Origin: Saccharolobus sp.
GTDB taxonomy: Archaea; Thermoproteota; Thermoprotei_A; Sulfolobales; Sulfolobaceae
Direction: 5' to 3'
DNA length: 24,000 nucleotides
Assembly (NCBI GenBank): GCA_038734615.1
Contig: JAVYOH010000003.1
Span: forward strand, 2,070-26,069
In this document: positions 1 through 9,662 of the stretch, piece after piece
Numbering within the stretch: position 1 is the stretch's first letter
How the letters are laid out: every line of letters begins with the position of its first letter
Notes under the pieces: model-generated
The model's database searches: none
What the model saw: only the letters and a program-made list of their open reading frames with translations
Told to the model about the DNA's origin: nothing
Translations under genes and position numbers: made by a program

Positions 1-1192
1 CTTTAGTTTTATCGTCTAGCATTAATGAGTCACACTTAACGAAGGCCTTAGATCCTATAGCACCCTTATTTACTCTAACTAATCCCCTATACACATTTAT
101 TCCTCCATTAAATCCTATATTCTTATTAACTACCTTGCTTTTAGTATAAGGTGCTGCATGTATCATCTTTGAGCCACTATCTTTCCACTCACCTTCTCTG
201 CTAGTCATAGTAACAACTAAACTGGTTGATGTTGCACCTTTCCCTCTAAGTATTGTTGAAGGATAAACGAAACTATACTTAGAGCCTAATGAACCTTCTA
301 CCCATTCCACTGTAGCATTTTCATCAGCCCACGCTCTCTTATTGTTGAAATTGATCATATTCTTACTCCAATTTTGAATTGTAGTAAACTTTATGTATGA
401 GTCCTTTTTGCCATAGAGCTCTACCATTCCGTCATGGAAAGAGTATTTTTTGAATTGTGGTGATGAACAGCCTTCAATGAAATGTATGTAAGAACCTTCA
501 TCTGCTATGAGTAATGTATGCTCAAATTGGCCCTCAAGCTCAGAACCCACTACAAAGAATCCTTCTACTGGTGTTGTTATTTTAACATTCTTAGGTACAT
601 AAACGAAGACACCACCACTCCATAATGCACCATGAAGGGCAGCAAATTTGTGATCAGAGGCTGGAAATATTTTCATGAAGTACTCCTTCATCAAATCTGG
701 ATATTTAGTTACAGCTTCATCTATTGGTAACATTACAACTCCTTTTTTTTGTAATTCTGTCTTAACGCTTGAGTATATTGGCTCAGATTCTAAAACTGCA
801 ACTAGTCCGCCTAGGAATTTTCTCTCACTTTCTGGTATACCTAACTTATCATAATAGTCTCTTATCTCTGTAGGCAGTTCTTCCCAGCTTTGTGCTTTTT
901 CAACACTGGGCTTTACATAAAGCTCTAAATCAGAGATATTAAGAGTACCCAAAACATCTGGTAGCCAATTTGGAGTAGGCAGCTTCTCAAATAATTCTAA
1001 ACTTTTTAGCCTTAATTTTAGCATCCATTCTGGTTCTTTCTTTATTTTTGATATCTCTTCTATGGTTGATCTGCTTAAACCAGATTCAACTATTCTCCTA
1101 TGAAATTCTAATTGGCTTAAATTATTATACTTAGCATCAATACTAGCATTTATTATCTCATTCAAATCTAATGATATTTTATCTTCCTTCAT
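1..1192 (-). CDS. sufB: Fe-S cluster assembly protein SufB (partial; the C-terminal part runs off the left edge)
   Basis: This is an open-ended ORF absent from the track. Hand translation from ATG 1192 gives MKEDKISLDLNEIINASIDAKYNNLSQLEFHRRIVESGLSRSTIEEISKIKKEPEWM...QFEHTLLIADEGSYIHFIEGCSSPQF...AIGSKAFVKCDSLMLDDKTK with no stops. The ADEGS..IEGC segment is SufB-like. The gene lies directly downstream of sufC on the same strand. Confidence 0.85.
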   Translation of the reverse strand, partial: MKEDKISLDLNEIINASIDAKYNNLSQLEFHRRIVESGLSRSTIEEISKIKKEPEWMLKLRLKSLELFEKLPTPNWLPDVLGTLNISDLELYVKPSVEKAQSWEELPTEIRDYYDKLGIPESERKFLGGLVAVLESEPIYSSVKTELQKKGVVMLPIDEAVTKYPDLMKEYFMKIFPASDHKFAALHGALWSGGVFVYVPKNVKITTPVEGFFVVGSELEGQFEHTLLIADEGSYIHFIEGCSSPQFKKYSFHDGMVELYGKKDSYIKFTTIQNWSKNMINFNNKRAWADENATVEWVEGSLGSKYSFVYPSTILRGKGATSTSLVVTMTSREGEWKDSGSKMIHAAPYTKSKVVNKNIGFNGGINVYRGLVRVNKGAIGSKAFVKCDSLMLDDKTK

Positions 1193-1257
1193 AACTCATA
1201 ACCTATTCTTTAACTATGTTAAAGACAAATATAAGTCTATTCTTAAATAAAAATTAT

Positions 1258-2004
1258 TTATGAATTATGTTTAACTACTGCCTCATACCCTTTCTCATCA
1301 ATTAGTTTCGCTAATTCCATTCCACCTTCCGCTACTATTCTACCCTTATATAAAACATGTACCTTATCTGCGCTTACATAATCAAGAATTCTTCTATAAT
1401 GCGTTATAATTAAGTATCCCACATTTAACTCAGTTCTTAGTTTATTTATGAAATGTGCAATAATTCTAAGTCCATCTACGTCTACACCAGAATCTGGCTC
1501 GTCTAGCACTGCAATTTTAGGCTTTAATAATAGCATCTGTAGAATTTCTACTCTTTTTTTCTCTCCACCACTAAATCCTTCAAATACTCCTCTATTAAGT
1601 AAAGATTCGGCAATTCCTACTTCTTTACTTAAATCCCTAATCTTTGTTATTACCTCCATTACAGAGGAACTTAGCCCGTTTACCTTGTTATATTCGGTAG
1701 TTAAAAGTGTAGATAATCTAATACCACCTATTTCTATCGGATTTTGAAAAGCTAAGAATAATCCCTTTTTTGCTTTCTCATGTGGTTCTAGATTTGTAAT
1801 ATCTTCATTATCCAATAATATTCGACCTTTAGTAATTTTATATTTTGGATGTCCCATTATTGATAGTGATAGTGAAGTTTTTCCACTTCCGTTTGGTCCC
1901 ATTAAGACATGAAGTTCTCCGCTTTTTACTTCTAAATTTATTCCCTTTAAAATTTCTTTACTTTCAACCTCTACATGTAGATCTTCTAGTTTTAATATAG
2001 TCAT
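1258..2004 (-). CDS. sufC: Fe-S cluster assembly ATPase SufC (ABC-type)
   Basis: Walker A GPNGSGKTS, ABC signature FSGGEKKR and Walker B IAVLDEPDSG are present. The 248-aa length fits, and the sufC-sufB order is typical. Confidence 0.9.
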   Translation of the reverse strand: MTILKLEDLHVEVESKEILKGINLEVKSGELHVLMGPNGSGKTSLSLSIMGHPKYKITKGRILLDNEDITNLEPHEKAKKGLFLAFQNPIEIGGIRLSTLLTTEYNKVNGLSSSVMEVITKIRDLSKEVGIAESLLNRGVFEGFSGGEKKRVEILQMLLLKPKIAVLDEPDSGVDVDGLRIIAHFINKLRTELNVGYLIITHYRRILDYVSADKVHVLYKGRIVAEGGMELAKLIDEKGYEAVVKHNS

Positions 2005-2020
2005 ATTCTATCTTCTCTCT

Positions 2021-3019
2021 CTACGATGTTAAATCTTTTTCTATCCAAGGTAAATTCTCTAAAAAAATACCGCACATGGAGTTATTAAGAGCATTTTCCA
2101 ATAAATTTACTAAATCTTCTAAATACAAATTAATGATTTGTGGTAAATTATCCTTAATAGCAAATATATTTTGTTTTATCTGAGATAATAAATTAAACCC
2201 ATTTGATATTCTTTTTGTACTTGGAAGCAAAATACTCATTATAATTTCATCTAATAAATCATTCGTATTTCCTAAAACAATTCTTAACCTATCAAGCACA
2301 TTTGAGTTAATCTCTTTTACCTTAATTGATTTAAAGATTTTTAAAACAATATAATCAATATTTAGCAAAATAGATATATTCAATAAAATAAAAGAATTCC
2401 TATAATATTCAGCATTGGATTGATATTTATTACCTACTATCCTTCTGAGTAACATGAAATATATCTTCCTTAAATCGTCAACACTCGTAATTGTAAGATT
2501 TTCATTGGAACTCTCATTGGATAAAAGTTTTATTAAATCATCGATTTTTTTAGATATGATATTTAATATACGCCTTAATAATGATTCTACTCCTATTTTT
2601 TCAGTATCAAGTAGACATTCCAATTTTATTCTTTTTGAAGAATTTTCTACTATCTCCGCTCCTACTAAATGTTTAGATATATACAAGGCGTCTTCAACAT
2701 CTTTTTTGCTAAATTCTTTTCTAGTTTCTAGTACTATTTCATCATATCCTAGAGAATACAAACAAGGAATAATATTACTAAGAGATTGTTTTAAGGAATC
2801 TATATCTATGAGTATAGATTTTTTACCTCCATTGTTTTTAGCTTTTTCTGCTACTAATCTTAAACTTCCGTCGTCTAACGCCTCTAAAATAACCTTATCC
2901 CCCGGTTTAATACCCCACTTATTTATCCATTTTTTTGGCAAAGTTATAAATAAGGAAGAGGATCCTAGCCTCTGCACTTTTCTTGTTTCAATATCTCTAG
3001 AAATCTTGTCTTCACTCAA
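2021..3019 (-). CDS. AbrB/SpoVT-type DNA-binding domain fused to PhoU-like domains (putative phosphate-uptake-type regulator)
   Basis: The N-terminus VQRLGSSSLFITLPKKWINKWGIKPGDKVILE is a swapped-hairpin AbrB/MazE-like motif. The rest is long and helical, consistent with archaeal AbrB-PhoU proteins. The track start at 3019 is TTG, and GTG at V15 is an alternative start. Confidence 0.6.
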   Translation of the reverse strand: MSEDKISRDIETRKVQRLGSSSLFITLPKKWINKWGIKPGDKVILEALDDGSLRLVAEKAKNNGGKKSILIDIDSLKQSLSNIIPCLYSLGYDEIVLETRKEFSKKDVEDALYISKHLVGAEIVENSSKRIKLECLLDTEKIGVESLLRRILNIISKKIDDLIKLLSNESSNENLTITSVDDLRKIYFMLLRRIVGNKYQSNAEYYRNSFILLNISILLNIDYIVLKIFKSIKVKEINSNVLDRLRIVLGNTNDLLDEIIMSILLPSTKRISNGFNLLSQIKQNIFAIKDNLPQIINLYLEDLVNLLENALNNSMCGIFLENLPWIEKDLTS

Positions 3020-3090
3020 AATAAGTCACTCAATATACTTTCTTAAACAATGTTTATAAAAATCTTTCAAACTATTAGCAAAAGCCTTTT

Positions 3091-3468
3091 TTAAGTTATT
3101 TTACGTTTAATCCCTATTTTAAGAAGCCATTTTGCTCTGGTAATATTTAATGAATTTTCGTCTATGTCTTCTGGCAATCTTATGTTTAGTATATAATCCC
3201 TATTCATCTTATCTTTACACCTTACTTTCAGATTACGTTTTTCTATCTTAACATATAAAGTGCTAATATCCAAATTAGGAATATCAATCAAATAATAATA
3301 TGTGTCGTCAGATTGGTAGAAAGAATAAAGCGGAGAAGCAGCCCCTTCAACTTCTTCCTCAATTTCTTGTCTAATTTTTTTGAACTCGTCCTCAACTCTT
3401 CTTATTTCCTTTTCCACGATAGATTTTACTAAATCATAAAGATCCTTATATGCAGGCATACCACTCAC
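3091..3468 (-). CDS. Small protein with an Hsp20/alpha-crystallin-like domain
   Basis: The pattern PLYSFYQSDDTYYYLIDIPNLDISTLYVKIEKRNLKVRCKD...YILNIRLPEDIDENSLNITRAKWLLKIGIKRK follows the alpha-crystallin-domain layout (x-DLPG-like, then 'v.v....l.i', then 'r.f.LP..vd', then 'L.I..pK'). Its start overlaps the upstream gene stop by 4 bp (ATGA). Confidence 0.45.
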   Translation of the reverse strand: MSGMPAYKDLYDLVKSIVEKEIRRVEDEFKKIRQEIEEEVEGAASPLYSFYQSDDTYYYLIDIPNLDISTLYVKIEKRNLKVRCKDKMNRDYILNIRLPEDIDENSLNITRAKWLLKIGIKRKIT

Positions 3469-4223
3469 GTATAAGTAGATGGTCTAAATCCTGCATAGCT
3501 TGGAATTTCTTGTTTCGTTTGTTGCATTAAACCTTTTATTCTCTGCCTTATTTCTTCAGCTTCTTTCAACAATGATGATGTATCTATCTTAATTCCTAGT
3601 ATTTTAGAAAATATTTCTAGGGCTACTGCAGAAGCCTCTGGATCAGGTAGGTCTAAAAAAGACTCTACAACTATTATGAAATTTCTTATAGATTTTTTAG
3701 CAGATTCCATCAATATGGGTGAATAGGGGCCAGCTATATATCCTTCAGAAAATTTTTTCATCAAATTAAGGCTTTCTAGTTCATTAGCGAATTCCTCAGA
3801 ATTAGCTATCCAATACGGAGATGGTTTGTCTAATTCTAATCTATTAGTAACTGGTAACCCTGTTACTGAGATAATAGTATTAATACCTTGTTTTTTAGCA
3901 TAATCTACAATAAATTTAGCTAAAGGGTATAAAGTATTAGCAGGGATTGCAACCCAAGAATGTAATAAAATAAAATTATTAAAATAATATAGGCGTAAAG
4001 GAGACTTCGCTACTCCATCTATTATATGAGAGATTGGAGGCAAATATCTCTTTGAATAAATCTCTGCATACTCTTTTAAATTGAAATAATTAATTAAATA
4101 TTCTCCAAAAATACTACCTACTAAACCTGCATCAGGTAAACTTACTATTAAATACATTGGCCGTGAAATAGGTAATGGTTGCTTCTCTCTAACTTCAAAT
4201 TCTTCATCTTGCAATTTATCCAC
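3465..4223 (-). CDS. PAC2 (proteasome assembly chaperone 2)-family protein, COG1938-like
   Basis: [24 protein letters not shown] matches the PAC2-family N-terminal 'G-P-x-x-G-L-V-G' motif. The track ORF extends to ATG 4274, which would overlap gcvH by 59 nt. GTG 4223 (overlapping the gcvH stop), TTG 4214 or ATG 4157 are more plausible starts. Confidence 0.55.
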   Translation of the reverse strand: MDKLQDEEFEVREKQPLPISRPMYLIVSLPDAGLVGSIFGEYLINYFNLKEYAEIYSKRYLPPISHIIDGVAKSPLRLYYFNNFILLHSWVAIPANTLYPLAKFIVDYAKKQGINTIISVTGLPVTNRLELDKPSPYWIANSEEFANELESLNLMKKFSEGYIAGPYSPILMESAKKSIRNFIIVVESFLDLPDPEASAVALEIFSKILGIKIDTSSLLKEAEEIRQRIKGLMQQTKQEIPSYAGFRPSTYT

Positions 4224-4623
4224 CTCTAATCTTATCAATATACTTTTCAGGACTAAGTAATTTATCTTTCTCACTTAAATCCGCTATTTTCAATTTGAAA
4301 ATCCAACCTTCTCCATAAGGATCTTTGTTTAATATCTCTGGATGCTCGAGAAGTTTCTGATTTACTTCAATTATTATTCCACTTAGAGGAGTGAAAATAT
4401 CAGCTGCAGCTTTGACAGACTCAATAACTCCTACGGATTCTCCAGATTTAACCTCTTTTTCCAATTGAGGTAACTCTATACCAACAATATCCCTTAATTT
4501 CTTTTGAGCATAATCAGTTATCCCAATAATTGCTATATTCCCAATAATCTTTACCCATTCGTCTGTTTCAGTATATAATCTATCAGTTAAAACTATATAT
4601 TTTCCCACTTTAACTTCGCTCAT
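4216..4623 (-). CDS. gcvH: Glycine cleavage system H protein (lipoyl carrier)
   Basis: The lipoyl-lysine motif [17 protein letters not shown] is present, together with the typical N-terminal YTETDEWV and C-terminal PYGEGWIFK motifs. Confidence 0.92.
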   Translation of the reverse strand: MSEVKVGKYIVLTDRLYTETDEWVKIIGNIAIIGITDYAQKKLRDIVGIELPQLEKEVKSGESVGVIESVKAAADIFTPLSGIIIEVNQKLLEHPEILNKDPYGEGWIFKLKIADLSEKDKLLSPEKYIDKIRGG

Positions 4624-4634
4624 AATTAAAGCCC

Positions 4635-5675
4635 CTAAATAAATGGGAATTCGTCTATTTTTATATCATATAGTTTACCCCTAATATCTACAGATAGAGT
4701 ATAACCAAGAAAGAAATACTTTGGATTTACATAACCCATGCCTATTACTCTATTTAGATACGGAGAAAAAGTACTACTAGTAACATACCCTATCTCGTTT
4801 TCTAATGAGTAGATTTTTGATGAATGTCTAGGGATCATTCTATCATTTTTTTTCATTTTAAATCCTATTCTTATTTTATTTACTCCATTTTTTATATTAT
4901 CAATTAAAGATTGTCTTCCTATAAACTCTTTATTTAATGAGAAAATCCAATATCTAGCTTCTATAGGCGTTATATTTTCATCAATATCCTGACCATATAA
5001 TAGGAATCCCATTTCCTGCCTAAGACTATCCCTTGCTATGAGCCCTGCAGGTTTTATTCCAAGATTAAATAGGCTCTGTATTATTTGCTTACCTACATCT
5101 GTAGTAGCCCAAATTTCTAAACCATTTTCTCCAGTCCAACCAGACCTACTGATTAAATAAACGTCCATATTCATAAATCTATCATTAAGCCTAAATTCCA
5201 ATGGTTTTAGTTCAATTTTACCTAAAATATTCTCTATTTCTCTACCTTGAACTGCAATCATAACGTATTTAAAAGTGAGATCCTCAACGTCAAGATTTGA
5301 ATTAGCTTTTATCCACTTCATTATTTTTTCTCTATTTATAGCATTAGTAACTATCAACCATTCATTATCTTTAACTTTATAAACCATTACATCATCTAGA
5401 AATCCACCTTTATCATTTAAGAACGCTGTAGGTCCTATCATATTGCCTATACTTGCCTTATTTATTTCTTTGGTTACAAGCATTTCAAATTCATTGGGAT
5501 TTCCACTAACTCTTAGCCTTCCCATATGAGATAAATCAAAAAAAGCTGCATGTGATCTCACGGCAATGTGTTCTTCTATATAACTAGTATAACTCATGGG
5601 CATCTCCCAATTTGCGAATTCCCCAAAGTTAGCTCCTAATTTTTCCTCAATTTCATGAAGGGGTGAGACAAACAT
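4635..5675 (-). CDS. gcvT: Glycine cleavage system T protein (aminomethyltransferase)
   Basis: Motifs [24 protein letters not shown] and [10 protein letters not shown] are present, the length is 346 aa, and the gene is adjacent to gcvH. Confidence 0.9.
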   Translation of the reverse strand: MFVSPLHEIEEKLGANFGEFANWEMPMSYTSYIEEHIAVRSHAAFFDLSHMGRLRVSGNPNEFEMLVTKEINKASIGNMIGPTAFLNDKGGFLDDVMVYKVKDNEWLIVTNAINREKIMKWIKANSNLDVEDLTFKYVMIAVQGREIENILGKIELKPLEFRLNDRFMNMDVYLISRSGWTGENGLEIWATTDVGKQIIQSLFNLGIKPAGLIARDSLRQEMGFLLYGQDIDENITPIEARYWIFSLNKEFIGRQSLIDNIKNGVNKIRIGFKMKKNDRMIPRHSSKIYSLENEIGYVTSSTFSPYLNRVIGMGYVNPKYFFLGYTLSVDIRGKLYDIKIDEFPFI

Positions 5676-5708
5676 ATATTAAAACTATACTAAAATGTAT
5701 TAAGGCTT

Positions 5709-7076
5709 ATGGATAAGCATCCTTGGTTTCCTAACCTAAGTTCAATAGATGAAATGCTAAAAGAAATAGGAATTAGTGATATAAATGAACTCTTTAAAGA
5801 TGTCCCAGATGAGATTAAGTTAAAGAGACTATTAGACGTAGGAAAAGGTAAACCGTTGTCTGAATACGAAATAGTTAAAGAGGTTAAAGATAAGGTTAAG
5901 AAAAATGTACAGTTATCAGCTCCACCTTTTATAGGAGCTGGTGTTTGTCCCCATTATATTCCATCTGCTGTGAAATTTATTATAAGTAGGTCAGAATTTT
6001 ATACTGCTTATACTCCTTATCAACCTGAGATTTCTCAAGGTCTTTTGCAAGCGTTATTTGAGTATCAAAGCCTTCTAGCAGAACTATTAGAAATGGATAT
6101 AGTAAATGCGTCAATGTATGATTGGGGATCAGCATTAGCCGAAGCTGTTTTGATGGCTAATAGAATTAATGGTAAGAAAACTGTAATAGTACCAGAAAAT
6201 TCTAACCCTTTCCATAAAGAGGTTTTAGCAACTTGGATTAGAGGTAAAGGAATTAAAATAGAAGAAGTAAAATATAGTAGAGAAACTGGAAAAATAGATA
6301 TAGAAGATTTTGACAAAAAGATTAGTAGTAATAATGATATTGCTGCTATATATATACAACAACCAAATTTCTTTGGAATTTTTGAGGAAAATATTGAATA
6401 TTTTGTTGATGCTGCTAAACATAAAAAAGCGTTAACTATTATGGGCATTAATCCTCTTTCTTTAGGCCTAATAAAACCACCAGGCGAGTATGGCATAGAT
6501 ATAGCAGTAGGAGATGGGCAAGAATTAGGGCTTCCTCTGAACTTTGGAGGACCTTTAATGGGAATATTCGCTGTAAGATGGGATATGTCTCTAGTAAGAC
6601 AAATGCCAGGTAGAATTGTTGGGCTAACAAGAGATAATGATAATAGATTAGGTTTCACGCTCATTTTACAAACTAGAGAACAATTTATCAAAAGAGAAAA
6701 GGCTACGTCAAATATAACTACTAATGAAGCATTGATGGCTATAGCAAATGCAGTGTATTTAAGCTTGCTAGGAAGAGAGGGAATAAGGGAATTAGCAGAA
6801 GAGATATATTTCAGAAGTCATTATGCAGCAAAGAAATTTTCTGAAATAAATGTTAGAAGAACTTTCCCATCGGATTTCTTTGAGGAGTTCGTTTTATCAT
6901 TTACAATAAAATACGATTTAATACATAAAAAGTTAAAAGAAAGACAAATTCAAGGAGGATATAAATTATCGGATTATGAAGCGTTATTCTGCGTAACTGA
7001 AGTTCATGATAAGAAGGCAATAGATTCATTAATTTCCACTGTAGAAGAGGCGATTAAAAATGTGGAATCAAGCTAA
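5709..7076 (+). CDS. gcvPA: Glycine dehydrogenase (decarboxylating) subunit 1
   Basis: YTPYQPEISQGLLQALFEYQSLLAELLEMDIVNASMYD is the hallmark of the P-protein N-terminal subunit. The gene overlaps gcvPB by 17 nt. Confidence 0.9.
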   Translation: MDKHPWFPNLSSIDEMLKEIGISDINELFKDVPDEIKLKRLLDVGKGKPLSEYEIVKEVKDKVKKNVQLSAPPFIGAGVCPHYIPSAVKFIISRSEFYTAYTPYQPEISQGLLQALFEYQSLLAELLEMDIVNASMYDWGSALAEAVLMANRINGKKTVIVPENSNPFHKEVLATWIRGKGIKIEEVKYSRETGKIDIEDFDKKISSNNDIAAIYIQQPNFFGIFEENIEYFVDAAKHKKALTIMGINPLSLGLIKPPGEYGIDIAVGDGQELGLPLNFGGPLMGIFAVRWDMSLVRQMPGRIVGLTRDNDNRLGFTLILQTREQFIKREKATSNITTNEALMAIANAVYLSLLGREGIRELAEEIYFRSHYAAKKFSEINVRRTFPSDFFEEFVLSFTIKYDLIHKKLKERQIQGGYKLSDYEALFCVTEVHDKKAIDSLISTVEEAIKNVESS

Positions 7077-8586
7077 ATGGGATGAACCATTAATATTTGA
7101 AATAGGAAATAAAGATAGGATTAAACAAGGAATCTTAATCGATAAAGATAAAGAAATTAGAGAATATGTGGGAAAAACTAATATACCTCCTAGTATTTTA
7201 AGGGAAAATCCGCCAGAATTGCCTAATCTAACAGAATTAGAAGTAGTTAGACACTTTCTTAGATTATCCCAAATGAGTTTTGGTGTAGACTTAGGAATGA
7301 TGCCATTAGGATCATGTACTATGAAATATAATCCGAAAATCGAAGAAAAAAGCTCTGAAATAACTGAAGAGCATCATCCATTAGAAGACGAGGATTACGT
7401 GCAGGGCATACTTGAAATGATTTATGAATTACAAAAATGGTTTAGTGAAATAACTGGAATGGATGAATGTAGTCTTCAAGTACCTGCCGGGTCCGCTGGG
7501 GAGTTTGCAGGTGTATTAATGATCAAAAGCTATCATGCTAACAAAAATAGGGGATATAAAGATGAAATACTAGTAGCAGATACTGCGCATGGTACGAATC
7601 CAGCCAGTGCTTCAATGGCTGGATATAAGGTGGTTTATGTTAAATCTAATGCTGAGGGTTTAGTAGATACTGATATTTTGAAAGAAATCGTTACACAAAA
7701 AACAGCTGGTTTTATGCTAACTAATCCTAACACATTAGGGTTGTTCGAGGAGAAAATTCTAGAAATTTCTAAGTTAATTCATTCAGTTGATGCACTATTA
7801 TATTATGATGGGGCTAATTTAAATGGAATATTAGGAATTGCAAGACCAGGCGATATGGGGTTTGATATAGTACATCTAAATCTGCATAAAACTTTTGCAG
7901 TACCTCATGGCGGAGGAGGACCAGGTGCAGGAGCAATTTGTGCTAAAGGTGAGCTTGTAGATTATCTCCCATATCCGCTAGTAGAGAAAGTTAATGGAAA
8001 GTATAAATTAAGTAAGATACCTAGGCATTCTATAGGCAAGATAGCCACTTTTTATGGAAATATTGGAAATTTAGCACGCAGTTACGCATATTTATTAGGA
8101 TTAGGACCTCAAGGTATTCAACTAGTAGGAAAAATGAGTACATTAGCTACAAACTATTTAATATCTAGGCTTAGACAGGTTAAAGAGTTAAAGCTCATAG
8201 CGCCGTATAGACCCAGAAAACATGAGGTAGTATTTAGTTCAAAAGAGTTAGCTGATACTTATGGTATAACTGCTAATGACATTGCAAAGGCCTTATTGGA
8301 TAATGGATTCTATGCTCCTACAATATATTTTCCACCTATTGTTGAAGAGGCAATAATGATAGAACCTACTGAGACTGAACCTAAAGAGGTCTTAGATAAA
8401 TTCGCTGATACTCTTAAAAAAATAATTGAACTAGGTAAAAGCGATCCAGAAAAAATTCTAAAAACACCTACTAATACTAGTGTGAAGAGATTAGATCAAG
8501 CTTATGCTAATCACCCATCTACCATAACCCCGTCATATAGAGTTATGAAATTAAGAAAGTTAGGTAAAATTAATTACCTTAAATAA
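7060..8586 (+). CDS. gcvPB: Glycine dehydrogenase (decarboxylating) subunit 2 (PLP-binding)
   Basis: HLNLHKTFAVPHGGGGPGAG is the PLP-lysine region, preceded by GSCTMKYNP. Confidence 0.92.
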   Translation: MWNQAKWDEPLIFEIGNKDRIKQGILIDKDKEIREYVGKTNIPPSILRENPPELPNLTELEVVRHFLRLSQMSFGVDLGMMPLGSCTMKYNPKIEEKSSEITEEHHPLEDEDYVQGILEMIYELQKWFSEITGMDECSLQVPAGSAGEFAGVLMIKSYHANKNRGYKDEILVADTAHGTNPASASMAGYKVVYVKSNAEGLVDTDILKEIVTQKTAGFMLTNPNTLGLFEEKILEISKLIHSVDALLYYDGANLNGILGIARPGDMGFDIVHLNLHKTFAVPHGGGGPGAGAICAKGELVDYLPYPLVEKVNGKYKLSKIPRHSIGKIATFYGNIGNLARSYAYLLGLGPQGIQLVGKMSTLATNYLISRLRQVKELKLIAPYRPRKHEVVFSSKELADTYGITANDIAKALLDNGFYAPTIYFPPIVEEAIMIEPTETEPKEVLDKFADTLKKIIELGKSDPEKILKTPTNTSVKRLDQAYANHPSTITPSYRVMKLRKLGKINYLK

Positions 8587-9004
8587 TCGAGGAAAAGAGT
8601 ATAGAGATATAACCTAAGTAGGGTATTGAAAAAGTAACATTGTCAACATCTATTACTTTCCCTACTACTAGAGTGTTTGGTATACCATTAGCTGGTTCTA
8701 ATCCTATTCTATTATCTGGTAATGGATTTGTTATCTTATCCACACCTTGTGTTACATAATTATCTCCATTTATTTGAATTACCCTATGTATAACATAATT
8801 ATTAAAATATGGTGATTTGTATATTATCACATTATTGGTCTGAATATTATTTGGTTTAGTGTAAAATGTTAGTGCTCCGTTCTGGAATATAGGATACATA
8901 GATACTCCTTCCACGCTTGCACTTTGGACTATATTAGAAAACATAAGAATATATATCAAGGCTATAAGTAAAATTATTCCTATATCACTCTTCTTCATCT
9001 TCAT
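8579..9004 (-). CDS. Signal peptidase I, archaeal/ER (Sec11) type, S26 family
   Basis: An N-terminal transmembrane helix is followed by VEGVSMYPIF (catalytic Ser box), VIHRVI (His box) and NGDNYVTQG (GDN box). Confidence 0.7.
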   Translation of the reverse strand: MKMKKSDIGIILLIALIYILMFSNIVQSASVEGVSMYPIFQNGALTFYTKPNNIQTNNVIIYKSPYFNNYVIHRVIQINGDNYVTQGVDKITNPLPDNRIGLEPANGIPNTLVVGKVIDVDNVTFSIPYLGYISILFSSII

Positions 9005-9332
9005 CTATATCACTTAAGTCTAATTCTATTACTTCTCCTTGATCAACTTTTTCATTAGAATCTTTAGCTTCAAGTTTCTTTACTTTATTCTTACCCTCAA
9101 TTTCTATTGAAGATCCTCCTGCTTTAACCTTAGATACTACAGCTCTCCATGTGTGCTTGCATGATGTACATTGAAATGACCCCATAATCGTTATTGTTAT
9201 TCTACCATAAGAATCTGGAAGTGGAGAGATTAGTTGCCATGTCTTTTGAGGCTTTTCTACTCTTGTACCACAATTAGGACAAACGTAAGGATCGGATTGT
9301 TTCTTCTTTGGCATATCATCTTTATAGTCCAC
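8985..9332 (-). CDS. Zinc-ribbon protein with an acidic C-terminal tail (function unknown)
   Basis: CPNCG...CTSCKH forms a four-Cys ribbon, and the C-terminus is DLSDIDEDEEE. M7 (9314) is a possible alternative start. The gene overlaps the signal peptidase start by 20 nt. Confidence 0.6.
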   Translation of the reverse strand: MDYKDDMPKKKQSDPYVCPNCGTRVEKPQKTWQLISPLPDSYGRITITIMGSFQCTSCKHTWRAVVSKVKAGGSSIEIEGKNKVKKLEAKDSNEKVDQGEVIELDLSDIDEDEEE

Positions 9333-9636
9333 TATAAGGATTAATAAATATCTGTATAATTACTGCCATTATTAAAAACGTTGAACCAGAGTATATTATT
9401 TTAAACTTATTTTCATGAATTAAAAGTATATTACTAAACAATGATAATAAAATTAAAAAAAGTATTAATAATGAAGGAGAATATGCTATACTTACTAGAT
9501 GCGGTGCAAGTACCCATGCTAATAGAAATAATTTTTCATTACTTATTTTATTCTTTAGTATACTAAAATAGATAGGGGATAAAATTCCGTAAATTAAAAA
9601 TATCAGCGATGATATAGTAAGATGGCTAGATAACAT
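9322..9636 (-). CDS. Small integral membrane protein (about 3-4 predicted TM helices)
   Basis: The 104-aa sequence is hydrophobic throughout ([51 protein letters not shown]). The call rests on compositional evidence only. Confidence 0.45.
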   Translation of the reverse strand: MLSSHLTISSLIFLIYGILSPIYFSILKNKISNEKLFLLAWVLAPHLVSIAYSPSLLILFLILLSLFSNILLIHENKFKIIYSGSTFLIMAVIIQIFINPYSGL

Positions 9637-9662
9637 TAATTATCTTTGATTACACAATAAAC

